Under the pieces are notes generated by a model, which saw nothing but the letters and a program-made list of their open reading frames with translations, searched no databases and had not been told where the DNA came from. A program made the translations under genes and the position numbers. Of a stretch of 64,000 nucleotides of DNA, positions 29,513-39,356 are shown in pieces (positions within the stretch are counted from its first letter, which is position 1; every line of letters starts with the position of its first letter). This stretch comes from Vicinamibacterales bacterium (GTDB lineage: Bacteria; Acidobacteriota; Vicinamibacteria; Vicinamibacterales; UBA8438): the NCBI GenBank assembly GCA_965247955.1, contig OZ252042.1:1584323-1648322 (forward strand), written 5' to 3'.

Positions 29513-29584
29513 CTGGAGGCAGGAGAGAATAGAGATTTTCGGCGCCCTTAGAGCCGGTTAAGCCTCAGGTTGTCTACTGCCTCC
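29513..29584 (+). other. 72-nt structured element in the unusually long sufB-sufC spacer
   Basis: TGGAGGCAG (29513-29521) is perfectly complementary to CTGCCTCCA (29576-29584). Confidence 0.35.
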
Positions 29585-29616
29585 AACTTCCTTCCTACGA
29601 GAAAGCAAGAACACCG

Positions 29617-30378
29617 ATGTTGGAAGTTAAGAATCTACACGCACGCACGGGTAAGCGGCAGATCCTCAAGGGCATCGATTTATCCGTAAAAGCGGGTCAA
29701 GTGCACGCCGTTATGGGGCCAAATGGCTCTGGCAAGAGCACGCTGGCCAGCGTGCTCGTTGGTCGGGATGATTACGAGGTGACCGAAGGCACGGTTACCT
29801 TCAACGGGCAAGACCTGTTGGAAATGGAACCAGAGGAACGAGCCCTCGCTGGCTTATTCCTTGCGTTCCAGTATCCAGTGGAGATCCCTGGCGTTAACAA
29901 CGCGTATCTGCTCAAGGCCGCATTCAACGAGTTTCGCAAACATCGAAATGAAGCCGAACTCGACGCAATGGAGTTCATGACGTTCATCAAGGAACGAATG
30001 GAGCTCCTTGGCATCGATCAGAGTTTTCTTAAGCGGCCGGTCAACGAAGGGTTCTCTGGTGGCGAAAAGAAGCGCAATGAGATTTTCCAGATGGCCGTGC
30101 TCGAACCAAAGCTTGCCATCATGGACGAGACCGATTCTGGACTTGACATCGACGCGCTCCAGATCGTCGCGAGTGGTGTCAACGCCATGCGCACGCCCGC
30201 TCGTGCGTTTATTGTGGTCACTCACTACCAGCGGCTCCTTAACTACATCGTGCCAGACATTGTCCACGTGCTTTCCGACGGCCGTATCGTTAAATCTGGT
30301 GGCAAGGAGCTCGCCCTTACGCTTGAAGAGAAGGGCTACGGTTGGATCGAGGGTGAGACCGCGCAGGTAGGCGCGTGA
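29617..30378 (+). CDS. sufC: Fe-S cluster assembly ATPase SufC
   Basis: It has Walker A GPNGSGKST, the ABC signature FSGGEKKR and Walker B AIMDETDSGLD. Confidence 0.95.
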   Translation: MLEVKNLHARTGKRQILKGIDLSVKAGQVHAVMGPNGSGKSTLASVLVGRDDYEVTEGTVTFNGQDLLEMEPEERALAGLFLAFQYPVEIPGVNNAYLLKAAFNEFRKHRNEAELDAMEFMTFIKERMELLGIDQSFLKRPVNEGFSGGEKKRNEIFQMAVLEPKLAIMDETDSGLDIDALQIVASGVNAMRTPARAFIVVTHYQRLLNYIVPDIVHVLSDGRIVKSGGKELALTLEEKGYGWIEGETAQVGA

Positions 30379-31730
30379 CAGAGAGGCCTATGGCCGAACT
30401 CGCCGAAAGCCGCGACATCTATCACACCACGTTTGAGCAAATGCAGCGTGACCTACCGATGCCGGCGTTTGCTTCCGACCTGCGCGAGCGCGCCTTTGCC
30501 CGTTTTAACGACCTGGGCTTCCCGACGACCAAGCACGAGCGGTGGCGCTTCACGAATGTGGCCCCGATTGTTGGTACACTCTTCGTCCTAGCGCCGCAGG
30601 TCAAGGTCCCGGCCGCGCTGCTCGCGCCGTATCAACTTGCAAGCGTTCCGGGTCCACGTCTCGTCTTCGTGAACGGCCGATACGCCGCCGAGCAGTCGGC
30701 GATCAACGATCTTCCCGTGGGTCTGGAGGTGCGAAGTCTCGCCGAGACGTTGGCAATCGACGCAGGCGTTCTCGAGCCTTGGTTTGGCAGGGTTGCTGCG
30801 TTCGACAACGAAGTCTTTACCGCCTTAAACACCGCATTGCTGCACGATGGTGCCGTCGTGCGGGTATCCGCCAACACCGTGGTCGAGTCGCCGGTCCATC
30901 TATTGTTCGTGTCGACGGCTTCCGATAGCGATGCTGCTACCGCGATGAGTCACCCACGAGTGTTGGTGGAAGCCGGGGAAAACAGTCAGATCCGGATCAT
31001 CGAGAGCTACGCGGGAGTAAATAACGCCTGCTACTTCTCGAACGGGGTGACCGAAGTCGTGGCCGGTCCCAACGCGGTCGTTGATCACTACAAGCTGTTG
31101 CGTGACAGCATGCTAGCGTTTCACATCGCTAGCATGCAGCTGCAGCTAGCCCGGAGCGCGAACTTCTCATCGCACTCGATTACACTCGGAGGCGCGCTGG
31201 TTCGGAACGATGTTGACGCGCTGCTTAACGGTGAGGGAATTGAGTGCACCTTGAACGGGTTGTATCTGGCGAATAACCAACGGCTGGTCGACAATCACAC
31301 CACGATCCATCACGCGAAGCCGCACTGCGCCAGTCATGAGTTCTATAAGGGCATCATCGACGACCAGGCTCACGCCGTCTTTAACGGGAAGATAATCGTT
31401 GAGATCGATGCGCAGAAAACCAACGCCAAACAAACAAACAAAGCGCTGTTGCTCTCAGAGGATGCCCAGATCAACACAAAGCCAGAGCTGGAAATCTTTG
31501 CAAACGACGTGAAATGCACACACGGAGCGACGGTCGGTCAGCTCGACGAAAAGGCGCTGTTCTACCTTCGGTCTCGTGGACTTGGGAACGATCAAGCTCG
31601 AAGCGTGCTTATTCACGCGTTCGCGAGCGATCTACTGAACCGGATCGCTATTGATCCGCTCCGGGTCAAACTCGAGGCATTGCTGCTCCAACAGCTGCCT
31701 GGCGCCGCCGGCAGGACATTTCATGGGTAA
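30375..31730 (+). CDS. sufD: Fe-S cluster assembly protein SufD
   Basis: 451 aa with a SufB/D beta-helix C-terminal block ([23 protein letters not shown]). Its start overlaps the sufC stop. Confidence 0.9.
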   Translation: MTERPMAELAESRDIYHTTFEQMQRDLPMPAFASDLRERAFARFNDLGFPTTKHERWRFTNVAPIVGTLFVLAPQVKVPAALLAPYQLASVPGPRLVFVNGRYAAEQSAINDLPVGLEVRSLAETLAIDAGVLEPWFGRVAAFDNEVFTALNTALLHDGAVVRVSANTVVESPVHLLFVSTASDSDAATAMSHPRVLVEAGENSQIRIIESYAGVNNACYFSNGVTEVVAGPNAVVDHYKLLRDSMLAFHIASMQLQLARSANFSSHSITLGGALVRNDVDALLNGEGIECTLNGLYLANNQRLVDNHTTIHHAKPHCASHEFYKGIIDDQAHAVFNGKIIVEIDAQKTNAKQTNKALLLSEDAQINTKPELEIFANDVKCTHGATVGQLDEKALFYLRSRGLGNDQARSVLIHAFASDLLNRIAIDPLRVKLEALLLQQLPGAAGRTFHG

Positions 31731-32979
31731 CGCGACCGCGTTTCCGTTGGCGATCGAGCCACTTGACATCGACAAGATCAGGGAGGACTTTCCGATCCTC
31801 AAGCGCACGATCCGCGGCAAGCCGCTCGTCTATCTCGACAACGCCGCGACGACACAGAAGCCTCGGCCGGTGCTCGACCGGCTCGCGCACTACTACGCCC
31901 ACGAGAACTCCAACATACACCGTGGGGTGTACGGCCTTAGCGAGGAGGCGACGCGCGCCGTGAGCATAGCGCGCAATAAGGTGCAGGCCTTTCTGAACGC
32001 CCGCGCTTGCCAAGAAATTATTTTCACACGAAATTCCACCGAGAGTATCAACTTGGTTGCGCAGAGCTTCGGCTCCAGCAATGTTGGTCCTGGTGACGAG
32101 ATCTTAATCACCCACATGGAACACCACTCAAACATCGTACCGTGGCAGCTGCTCTGCGAACAGACCGATGCGGTGCTACGGGTGGTGCCGATAGACGACC
32201 GCGGTGAGCTCATGCTTGACGAGTTCGAGAAGCTGCTTGGACCGCGTACGAAGCTGGTGTCGGTCGTGCATTTGTCCAACTCGCTCGGGACCATCAATCC
32301 GGTGGCCGAGATTGTGCAGATGGCTCACGCGCAGAACGTCCCGGTCCTGATTGATGGATCTCAGGCTGCCTATCACATGCCGGTTGACGTCCAGGCGCTG
32401 GGCTGCGACTTCTACGTCTGCACGGGTCACAAGATGTACGGCCCGACTGGTATCGGAGTACTCTACGGTCGCGAGGAGCTACTGGAAAAAATGCCGCCCT
32501 ATCAGGGCGGCGGCGACATGATCCGCTCGGTGACGTTCGACAAGACGACCTACGCCAAACTGCCCTACAAGTTTGAGGCCGGGACGCCGCATATTGCGGG
32601 TGTCATTGGTTTGGGCGCTGCGGTCGATTACATCACTAGCATCGGATTCTCTAGGATCGGCGCTCACGAGAAGGAGCTACTGGAGCGCGCTACTGCGGCG
32701 CTCTCCGACGTGAAAGGGCTCCGTGTCATCGGAACAGCGCGTCAGAGGGCGAGCGTAATCTCGTTCGTCATCAAGGGCGCACATCCTCACGATGTTGGCA
32801 CGATCGTCGATACTGAGGGAGTGGCAGTCCGGACGGGCCACCATTGCACCCAGCCAGTCATGGAGAGATTTGGTGTGCCTGCGACGGTACGTGCCTCGGT
32901 GGCCATGTACAACACCCACGAGGAAATCGACGCTCTGGTCAGCGCCCTCGAGCGTGTGCGGGAGATGTTTCCGGCATGA
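31723..32979 (+). CDS. sufS: cysteine desulfurase SufS (group II)
   Basis: It has the [11 protein letters not shown] start, [12 protein letters not shown]-type lysine ([12 protein letters not shown]) and RTGHHCTQP active-site loop. ATG 31723 overlaps the sufD stop. Confidence 0.93.
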   Translation: MGNATAFPLAIEPLDIDKIREDFPILKRTIRGKPLVYLDNAATTQKPRPVLDRLAHYYAHENSNIHRGVYGLSEEATRAVSIARNKVQAFLNARACQEIIFTRNSTESINLVAQSFGSSNVGPGDEILITHMEHHSNIVPWQLLCEQTDAVLRVVPIDDRGELMLDEFEKLLGPRTKLVSVVHLSNSLGTINPVAEIVQMAHAQNVPVLIDGSQAAYHMPVDVQALGCDFYVCTGHKMYGPTGIGVLYGREELLEKMPPYQGGGDMIRSVTFDKTTYAKLPYKFEAGTPHIAGVIGLGAAVDYITSIGFSRIGAHEKELLERATAALSDVKGLRVIGTARQRASVISFVIKGAHPHDVGTIVDTEGVAVRTGHHCTQPVMERFGVPATVRASVAMYNTHEEIDALVSALERVREMFPA

Positions 32980-33425
32980 ATGATCTACGCGAGCTCTATC
33001 AAGAGGTCATTCTTGACCACAATAAGACCCCGCGGAACTTCCGGTCGCTCGACGGCGCCGACCGGCACGCGGACGGCTACAACCCGCTATGCGGTGACCG
33101 ACTTTCGGTTTACATAAATCTCGACGGCGACACTATTACCGACGTGAGCTTTATGGGCTCTGGGTGCGCCATCTCGAAGGCGTCGGCGTCGTTGATGACC
33201 GATGCAATTAAGGGAAAAAGCTTGGCCGACGCGCGACGTCTCTTCGAGCGGTTTCACGCTATGGTCACTGATGACACGGCGCCATCAGACCTAGAACATC
33301 TCGGTAAGCTGGCAATCTTTGCCGGAGTGCGCGACTATCCCACCCGGGTCAAATGTGCGAGCCTCGCGTGGCACACGCTGCGTGCAGTGTGTGATGACCG
33401 TAACGAACTCGTGACGACGGAGTGA
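32976..33425 (+). CDS. sufU: SufU/IscU-like sulfur acceptor (SUF-type NifU family)
   Basis: [29 protein letters not shown] and KCASLAW motifs are present. The start forms an ATGA overlap with sufS. Confidence 0.88.
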   Translation: MNDLRELYQEVILDHNKTPRNFRSLDGADRHADGYNPLCGDRLSVYINLDGDTITDVSFMGSGCAISKASASLMTDAIKGKSLADARRLFERFHAMVTDDTAPSDLEHLGKLAIFAGVRDYPTRVKCASLAWHTLRAVCDDRNELVTTE

Positions 33426-33928
33426 TCATGATGATTTTTGACAGAAGTAGTGTTTCACCACCGAGGCCGAAGTCGGCTAAAGAACCAGTAGAGCCAGAAA
33501 TTGCAACACCGGTCGCGCCAGTGCCGGCTTCCGAGACGGCCTTAGACACAAGCGCATTCGCTGCGCCGTCCTCTCCCAAGGCAGAGTCAGCACCGCCAGT
33601 GGTAGCTGATCCGCTCAAGACGCTCGAGTTCAATCCGAAGATCATCGAGGAGCTGTCGACCGTCTACGATCCGGAGATCCCAGTGAACATCTATGAACTA
33701 GGCTTGATTTACGACGTTGTGGTCGACAAAGACGGTCTTGCTGTGATCAAAATGACGTTGACCGCACCGGGGTGTCCAGCCGCCGTCACTCTCCCGGCCG
33801 AGGTGCAGGGGAAGGTAAAGGCAATCGATGGCATTAACGATGCTCGTGTCGATCTGGTATGGGAACCGCCGTGGTCGAAGGATCGGATGTCAGAAGCGGC
33901 GAAATTACAGTTGGGGATCTTCGATTAA
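33422..33928 (+). CDS. DUF59/SufT-like Fe-S assembly protein with Pro/Ala-rich N-terminal extension
   Basis: It has the C-terminal core VYDPEIPVNIYELGLIYDV..TLTAPGCPA, preceded by about 70 aa of low-complexity sequence. Confidence 0.8.
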   Translation: MIMMIFDRSSVSPPRPKSAKEPVEPEIATPVAPVPASETALDTSAFAAPSSPKAESAPPVVADPLKTLEFNPKIIEELSTVYDPEIPVNIYELGLIYDVVVDKDGLAVIKMTLTAPGCPAAVTLPAEVQGKVKAIDGINDARVDLVWEPPWSKDRMSEAAKLQLGIFD

Positions 33929-34030
33929 GAGTTAGGAAGTGGGAGGCGAGAGGAAAGAGGAAGCCAAGTGTTTCTGGAAGTCACGAAAGGTCTCCGGTTT
34001 CCTGCTACCCACAGCCCTCCTTTCTAGCTA

Positions 34031-34828
34031 TTAGCGTTGCAGCGGTTCTACGCTGATGTTACTGATGACGACTGTGGACAGCAGCTCCATCTCCTCAGCC
34101 ACATAATCCGGCAAGAGTGTATCGACTGGGACCTTCCCACCGTTAACCGCATAGTTCTCCTGGTCGGAGAAGAGCATACCACCAACCCGGTTGAACGCGA
34201 TCGCTTTCCGAAAGCGAAGCCCGCCATCGAAGTCATAGCCGAACTGCTCCATGCGTCCGGTGTCTGGATCAAACCAAAAAGTGTAGCCGTCATCTGCATC
34301 ATTGCTGGTGCCGGGTGTGAAGCTGACTCTCACACGCCGTAGCTCCCGGTTGTCCCAGGTTTCTAGACCACGATCCTTGAATTGGATGTTTCCGCCCTTA
34401 AGCGTGTAAGGCAGTAACGGAAAGAAGACCCGCGCGTTGGCAAAGGCTCGAGCCAAGCGTTCGCCCTCTGTGTCCAGCTTGGTCTCGACTCCGTCCCGCC
34501 ACTCCTGGACGGTATCGTTCGTTAGTCTGACCCTTCGCTCAACGGAGTTGTCCAAACCCACCATGCCAGTCACAACGTACTCGAAGTTACCCCCGTCACG
34601 CGTGGCTTCGATCAGAAAGCTTCCTGACAGTGACGTGATCGTTATGACTATCTGGGAGTGCTCGTACAGGTCACCGCCATGAAAGTCGATTGCTTTTGCG
34701 ACAATCTCCGGAAGAGACGGCTCGGTAGCCGTCGGTATTTGGTCCGAAGTATCGGAAAGTGTTTCAGCTGGAGAACAAGCCCCCAGTGCGGCGATCACGA
34801 AGAACGAAGTCAATAAACACATGCGCAT
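34031..34828 (-). CDS. lipoprotein of unknown function
   Basis: It has the lipobox MRMCLLTSFFVIAALGAC at the internal ATG 34828. I recognised no family. Confidence 0.6.
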   Translation of the reverse strand: MRMCLLTSFFVIAALGACSPAETLSDTSDQIPTATEPSLPEIVAKAIDFHGGDLYEHSQIVITITSLSGSFLIEATRDGGNFEYVVTGMVGLDNSVERRVRLTNDTVQEWRDGVETKLDTEGERLARAFANARVFFPLLPYTLKGGNIQFKDRGLETWDNRELRRVRVSFTPGTSNDADDGYTFWFDPDTGRMEQFGYDFDGGLRFRKAIAFNRVGGMLFSDQENYAVNGGKVPVDTLLPDYVAEEMELLSTVVISNISVEPLQR

Positions 34829-35117
34829 GGGAACCTTCCTCTCAACACAGAAACGTAACGAAACAGCGCTCACTGACGCACACCAAAGTCACGGAGGCTT
34901 CCATTCTACTGTCGACACCAGGCGTGAGGGGAGTAGTTTTTCTGAATCAAAATTGAAGCAGACATGTTTCCCCCTGAAATCGACCGCGGCCCTATGCACA
35001 GCCACGTAATTTCATACGGCCGGGAACCTTTAGCCGCGCAGTTCACGAGAAACGCGGGATCCCTCCCGACGATGTTATTCATGGCCTCCGTAGTTGCAGA
35101 CTGTATAGTTTCTAAAT

Positions 35118-36059
35118 ATGAGCCGCCGCATTCGCGTGTTCGCTCCAGCCTCTGTGTCGAACCTCGGCCCCGGCTTCGATGTCCTTGGACTCGCGCTGGA
35201 GCGTCCTGGGGACATTGTAGAAGCGGAAGCGCGTGCGTCAGCCGGTGTGGAGATTGTCGAAGTTACGGGCGAGTCGTCCCTGAGCACGAGCCCGGAAGAG
35301 AACGTTGCGGGCGTTGCGGCATCGGCGACACTCAGACGCTTGAATGTCGGAGCATCGTCTGGCGTTCGGTTGTGGGTCCACAAACAGATGCCACTGGCGA
35401 GTGGTCTCGGCGGCTCGGCAGCCAGCAGTGTCGCGGCTGCTGTCGCCGTTAATATACTCTTCGACGCACGTCTTTCCTCCCAGGCGATCATCGCCAGTGC
35501 ACTGGAGGGTGAGACGGCTGCGTCAGGAACTGTACATGCAGACAACGTGGCACCGAGCGTCCTCGGTGGGATCGTCTTAATCCGAAGCTACGACCCACTC
35601 GATTTCATCCAGCTACCGGTACCGGCTGCGCTTCGCGTCGTCGTCGTTCATCCCCACGCCGAGGTCGCGACCGTTGAGGCACGGCGTCTTGTCGCAGAGC
35701 AGCACTTCGGCATTACCCAGGCGGTTGCCAATCTTGGTAACGTCGCCGCACTCGTCAGTGCGCTGCACAGCGATAACCTCGCGCTCTTCGGACGGAGTAT
35801 CCAGGACGCACTGGTCGAACCAATCCGCGCGCCGTTCGTGCCTGCGTTTGCTGAAGTCAAGCAAGCCGCACTCGCAGCCGGTGCGCTTGGGTGCTCTATT
35901 TCCGGTTCCGGGCCTTCGGTTTTTGCCTTCACCGACCAGGACAGTATTGCGCTGTCTGTTTCTGACGCCATGCAAGCAGCCTTCCTGGCAGGCGGCCTCG
36001 AGAGCGATCCATATGTGGGACTGGTCAACACCCGGGGCGCTTGCATGGTCACCGACTAG
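35118..36059 (+). CDS. thrB: homoserine kinase
   Basis: It has VFAPASVSNLGPGFDVLG and the GHMP motif PLASGLGGSAASSVAA. Confidence 0.9.
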   Translation: MSRRIRVFAPASVSNLGPGFDVLGLALERPGDIVEAEARASAGVEIVEVTGESSLSTSPEENVAGVAASATLRRLNVGASSGVRLWVHKQMPLASGLGGSAASSVAAAVAVNILFDARLSSQAIIASALEGETAASGTVHADNVAPSVLGGIVLIRSYDPLDFIQLPVPAALRVVVVHPHAEVATVEARRLVAEQHFGITQAVANLGNVAALVSALHSDNLALFGRSIQDALVEPIRAPFVPAFAEVKQAALAAGALGCSISGSGPSVFAFTDQDSIALSVSDAMQAAFLAGGLESDPYVGLVNTRGACMVTD

Positions 36060-36768
36060 GAGCCAAGGAGCGTGGGCGCTCCAGAAACAAAAAACAGGCC
36101 GCCGAGATCCCAGCGGCTCCGAACAGCATGGCCATCACCATAATCTGGTAGCGGACTGCGATTAGGGGCGGTACACCCGAGAGAATTTGCCCGGTCATCA
36201 TCCCTGGGAAGGCGACAAGTCCGACCGCAAACAACGAATTAATCTGTGGGATCAACGCGGTCCGAAGTGCGATTTGTCGCGCGTCCGCATGCCAGACCTG
36301 GCGATGAGTTTCCGCGCAATAACGTTCGACGGCTAGGCTGACCGTATTCATCGACGCGGCGAAGCTCATACCCGCTAACGGAATAACGACGCGCGCTTCG
36401 TGCCAGACGTCGATGGCCAATACGGCTTGCGTGACCAGCGCTAATGTCGTTACACCACCGAGACCAATCGAAACAAGAACCTTTGGATACAAGCTGATTC
36501 GATCGTGCGCGACTGGGCGGAGCGCGATCCAACTAGCGATCAGCAACATGGCGGCGAGCGTGGCCAGCACACCCCTTGCCTCGTTGGCTCCGAAGATAAA
36601 GGTAAGCACATAGCCGACGGCTAGGAGTTGCAACACCATCCGGCTGACCGCGTATGCGGCCGTTCGTCCCTCGAGAGTCCAGCGATACAGAACACCAACC
36701 ACAACCAGGGCGGGAACGAATGAGAGACCAATGTTTAGCAGAGGGATGACATCTAAGGATGAGTCCAT
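36049..36768 (-). CDS. FetB/YbbM-family (UPF0014) ABC-type permease
   Basis: About 240 aa from ATG 36768, with 7 TM helices and VLQLLAVGYVLTFIF and GMMTGQILSG blocks. Its 3' end overlaps the thrB 3' end by 11 nt. Confidence 0.75.
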   Translation of the reverse strand: MDSSLDVIPLLNIGLSFVPALVVVGVLYRWTLEGRTAAYAVSRMVLQLLAVGYVLTFIFGANEARGVLATLAAMLLIASWIALRPVAHDRISLYPKVLVSIGLGGVTTLALVTQAVLAIDVWHEARVVIPLAGMSFAASMNTVSLAVERYCAETHRQVWHADARQIALRTALIPQINSLFAVGLVAFPGMMTGQILSGVPPLIAVRYQIMVMAMLFGAAGISAACFLFLERPRSLAPSR

Positions 36769-36775
36769 GGTGACC

Positions 36776-37333
36776 TCACGAATTGTTTGGATGTGTCTCA
36801 CCCTGCGCGATCCAGTCTTCGCGTCGCAGTCTGAACAAGCGAAGAGCTTGTCCGGCAAATCGCGAGGGGGGGCGAGCGTGGTGGATTTCTTGGTCGACGA
36901 TGAAGCCCGCTTTCTCGAGGACGTGGCACGCAGTGGGATTCTTCTCCAGGCAGGCCGACTCGAGGGTGCGAAGGTGCAACCCTGCAAATGCAAGAGCTAT
37001 CACGAGCCTGACAGCCATGGTCGCGTACCCACGTCCCCAGAACGGAACAGCGATCCAGTAGGCTAGCTCAGCGGAGCATCGCTTTTGGTCTATAGCGTTT
37101 AGACTCATCACGCCGATGAGCTCTCCGCTGGTGAGTACCGCCAATGGATAACTGGCGCCTGTCTCTTGGTCCATAAGACGTTCCTGTACGAACATCTTTC
37201 CGCCGTTGGTCGGGTACGGGTGTGGGATGTTACAGATGGCAGCCAATCTGGTATCAGAGGCGTAGTGCTGGATCATTGTGGCGTCGTCATACTCGAGCGG
37301 TCGAAGGGAAACATCTGGGTTCATGGTCGCCAT
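36776..37333 (-). CDS. GNAT N-acetyltransferase (RimJ/RimL-like)
   Basis: It has a WIAVPFWGRGYATMAV acetyl-CoA binding motif. The start could be 37336, 37333 or 37324. Confidence 0.85.
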   Translation of the reverse strand: MATMNPDVSLRPLEYDDATMIQHYASDTRLAAICNIPHPYPTNGGKMFVQERLMDQETGASYPLAVLTSGELIGVMSLNAIDQKRCSAELAYWIAVPFWGRGYATMAVRLVIALAFAGLHLRTLESACLEKNPTACHVLEKAGFIVDQEIHHARPPSRFAGQALRLFRLRREDWIAQGETHPNNS

Positions 37334-37842
37334 CACGGGCTACTCAGAAACTTTTCGATCATGATCTCATCGATGTAGTGCTGGTCAATCTTAGCGTGGC
37401 GTTCTGCGGTCCCGATGACGCGAAAACCCTGGCTGAGATACGCCTGCAAAGCCCCGTCGTTATCGGCTCGAACGAGCGTGAATATCTTCTCGTATCCCTT
37501 GCGCGTCGCAATCGCAAAGGTCGCAGCGAATAGTAGGTTGCCCACCCCTTGCCGGCGGCACTCAAGGTCCACGAACGTGGCGAGTTTGCCGACGTGGTCG
37601 AAGGCGTGCGTATGCGGACCAAATGGTTCCAGGAGCTGAAAACCGAGAAGTTTCTGATCTGATCGGCGAATGGCCACATGGAACACGCCCTTCGACGGAA
37701 AATTAGAAATGAAATCCCGTTCGGACTCGACCGAGAACGGCGTATCGAATGCCGTATAGATACGTGCTTCGATGATCGGGTTCAGAACGCCAACAATGTC
37801 TTCAGCGTCATCGAGTCGCGCATCCCGTATCGTGAGTTCCAC
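37333..37842 (-). CDS. GNAT N-acetyltransferase (phosphinothricin-acetyltransferase-like)
   Basis: It has VDLECRRQGVGNLLF (the R/Q-x-x-G-x-G/A motif) and an IRDARLDDAEDI start. Confidence 0.85.
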   Translation of the reverse strand: MELTIRDARLDDAEDIVGVLNPIIEARIYTAFDTPFSVESERDFISNFPSKGVFHVAIRRSDQKLLGFQLLEPFGPHTHAFDHVGKLATFVDLECRRQGVGNLLFAATFAIATRKGYEKIFTLVRADNDGALQAYLSQGFRVIGTAERHAKIDQHYIDEIMIEKFLSSP

Positions 37843-38327
37843 GTCGCTATGGGGAAATTGCCATCTGGGATTAGCGGCTTATCGTGTAGAGGAGCACGTT
37901 GATGTCAAAATGTATGTACCGGATGCTGTCATAAACGAACCTACAAGAGGCGATATTACGATCCGACTTAAACGGCTGAGGATAGCACCGAGGCTCTTTG
38001 CATTCATCCGCGCTCCAACCTCAGCGCCATTGCGCGTAGCCTACCGCCACGAGATTGACGACATTGCGGCGAGACAGAGGATAAGCTTCCTCATTGTCTT
38101 CACCTAGCGTATCGCAACTGAAGGCGATATGTCTTACCGTTGTGTTATCTGTGGCGTCTTAACACCTCAGGAAATCTGGTTCTTCGGTTTGCGAGCCAAA
38201 GCCCAAGTGATGAAGTCAACGAATGACGGATTAATTTCGCAGTCATGGACACGCACTGTAAGGATTTTCTGCATTCACCTATGCTTTCAGCGTCCTCCTC
38301 CCTGGTTTAATATGGAATCGTGTAACA

Positions 38328-39200
38328 ATGGCTTCTTCGACGGGAGGGCCGCTAGTGTGCGCCAAACGTAATACTTCGCGCCCGGTCTCTCTTGTGCCGC
38401 GTTGGGTACTTCCCGCCGTCGCTTTCGTTGCACTGTCCGGGAGTGGCTGGGTGCTGTGCGTGGCGATGTTAGCGCTCGAGAACATCACGGCCCAAGACGT
38501 GTCCCGCGTGGTTTCAACCCTGCGCGTCGATGTTGTACGCGAATTCCCACATGACACGAACGCTTATACACAGGGACTGCTCTGGTGGCAGGGCAAGCTG
38601 TACGAGAGCACTGGTCGGTATGGTGCCTCGACGTTGCGACGTATTGACCCTGAGACAGGTAACGTGGAACAGCGAGTCGACATTAACCCGAACCTTTTCG
38701 GTGAAGGGTTGGCACGGGTGGACGATCAGCTGATTATGCTGACGTGGAAGGCGCAACTCGCGTTCGTCTTTGGTCTCGATCGGTTGGACGAGCGCCGCAC
38801 GTTCCGGTATCGCGGTGAGGGGTGGGGGATTTGCTACGACGGCACGCAACTGGTCATGAGCGATGGGTCGGACGTGCTGACGTTTCGAGACCCAGTGTCA
38901 TTCGAAGGCATCGGATCGTTAGCCGTCATCCTTGAGGGTCAGCCTCAGATGCGCCTAAACGAGCTGGCGTGCGTGGGAGATGAAATCTACGCAAACATCT
39001 GGGAGCGTGACTACATCGTTCGGATCGATTCACACACCGGGCTGGTTACCCATCAGATCAACGCGGGCGGTCTCCTGACCCGAGACGAAGCCCGCGGGGC
39101 TGACGTGCTCAACGGCATTGCCTACAAGCCGGAAACGGACACCTTCTTCATCACGGGCAAGTGGTGGCCGAAAATGTTTGAGGTGAGATTCGTCGAGTAG
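38328..39200 (+). CDS. glutaminyl-peptide cyclotransferase (beta-propeller type)
   Basis: It has YTQGLLWWQGKLYESTGRYGASTLRRIDPETG and NGIAYKPETDTFFITGKWWPKMFEV, with an N-terminal TM anchor. Confidence 0.85.
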   Translation: MASSTGGPLVCAKRNTSRPVSLVPRWVLPAVAFVALSGSGWVLCVAMLALENITAQDVSRVVSTLRVDVVREFPHDTNAYTQGLLWWQGKLYESTGRYGASTLRRIDPETGNVEQRVDINPNLFGEGLARVDDQLIMLTWKAQLAFVFGLDRLDERRTFRYRGEGWGICYDGTQLVMSDGSDVLTFRDPVSFEGIGSLAVILEGQPQMRLNELACVGDEIYANIWERDYIVRIDSHTGLVTHQINAGGLLTRDEARGADVLNGIAYKPETDTFFITGKWWPKMFEVRFVE

Positions 39201-39356
39201 AGATCAACGGTCAGAGGCCATCGGGGTATTGTGCTATCACATAACCTTGACGTCACCACCGACTAGGGATGGGAGGGGCAAGATTGCATGTTCTTCCGCC
39301 GCTTCGCGGTCAATGTTTACGCGTTCGGCATTTACGTAGTACGTCGCGCCATAAAC

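Noticed and set aside
37772-38371. ORFs 37772-38107 and 38129-38371 in the AT-rich gap.
   Set aside because: The first begins inside the GNAT gene in antisense. Both have atypical composition and no RBS or motifs. The gap is reported as a finding instead.
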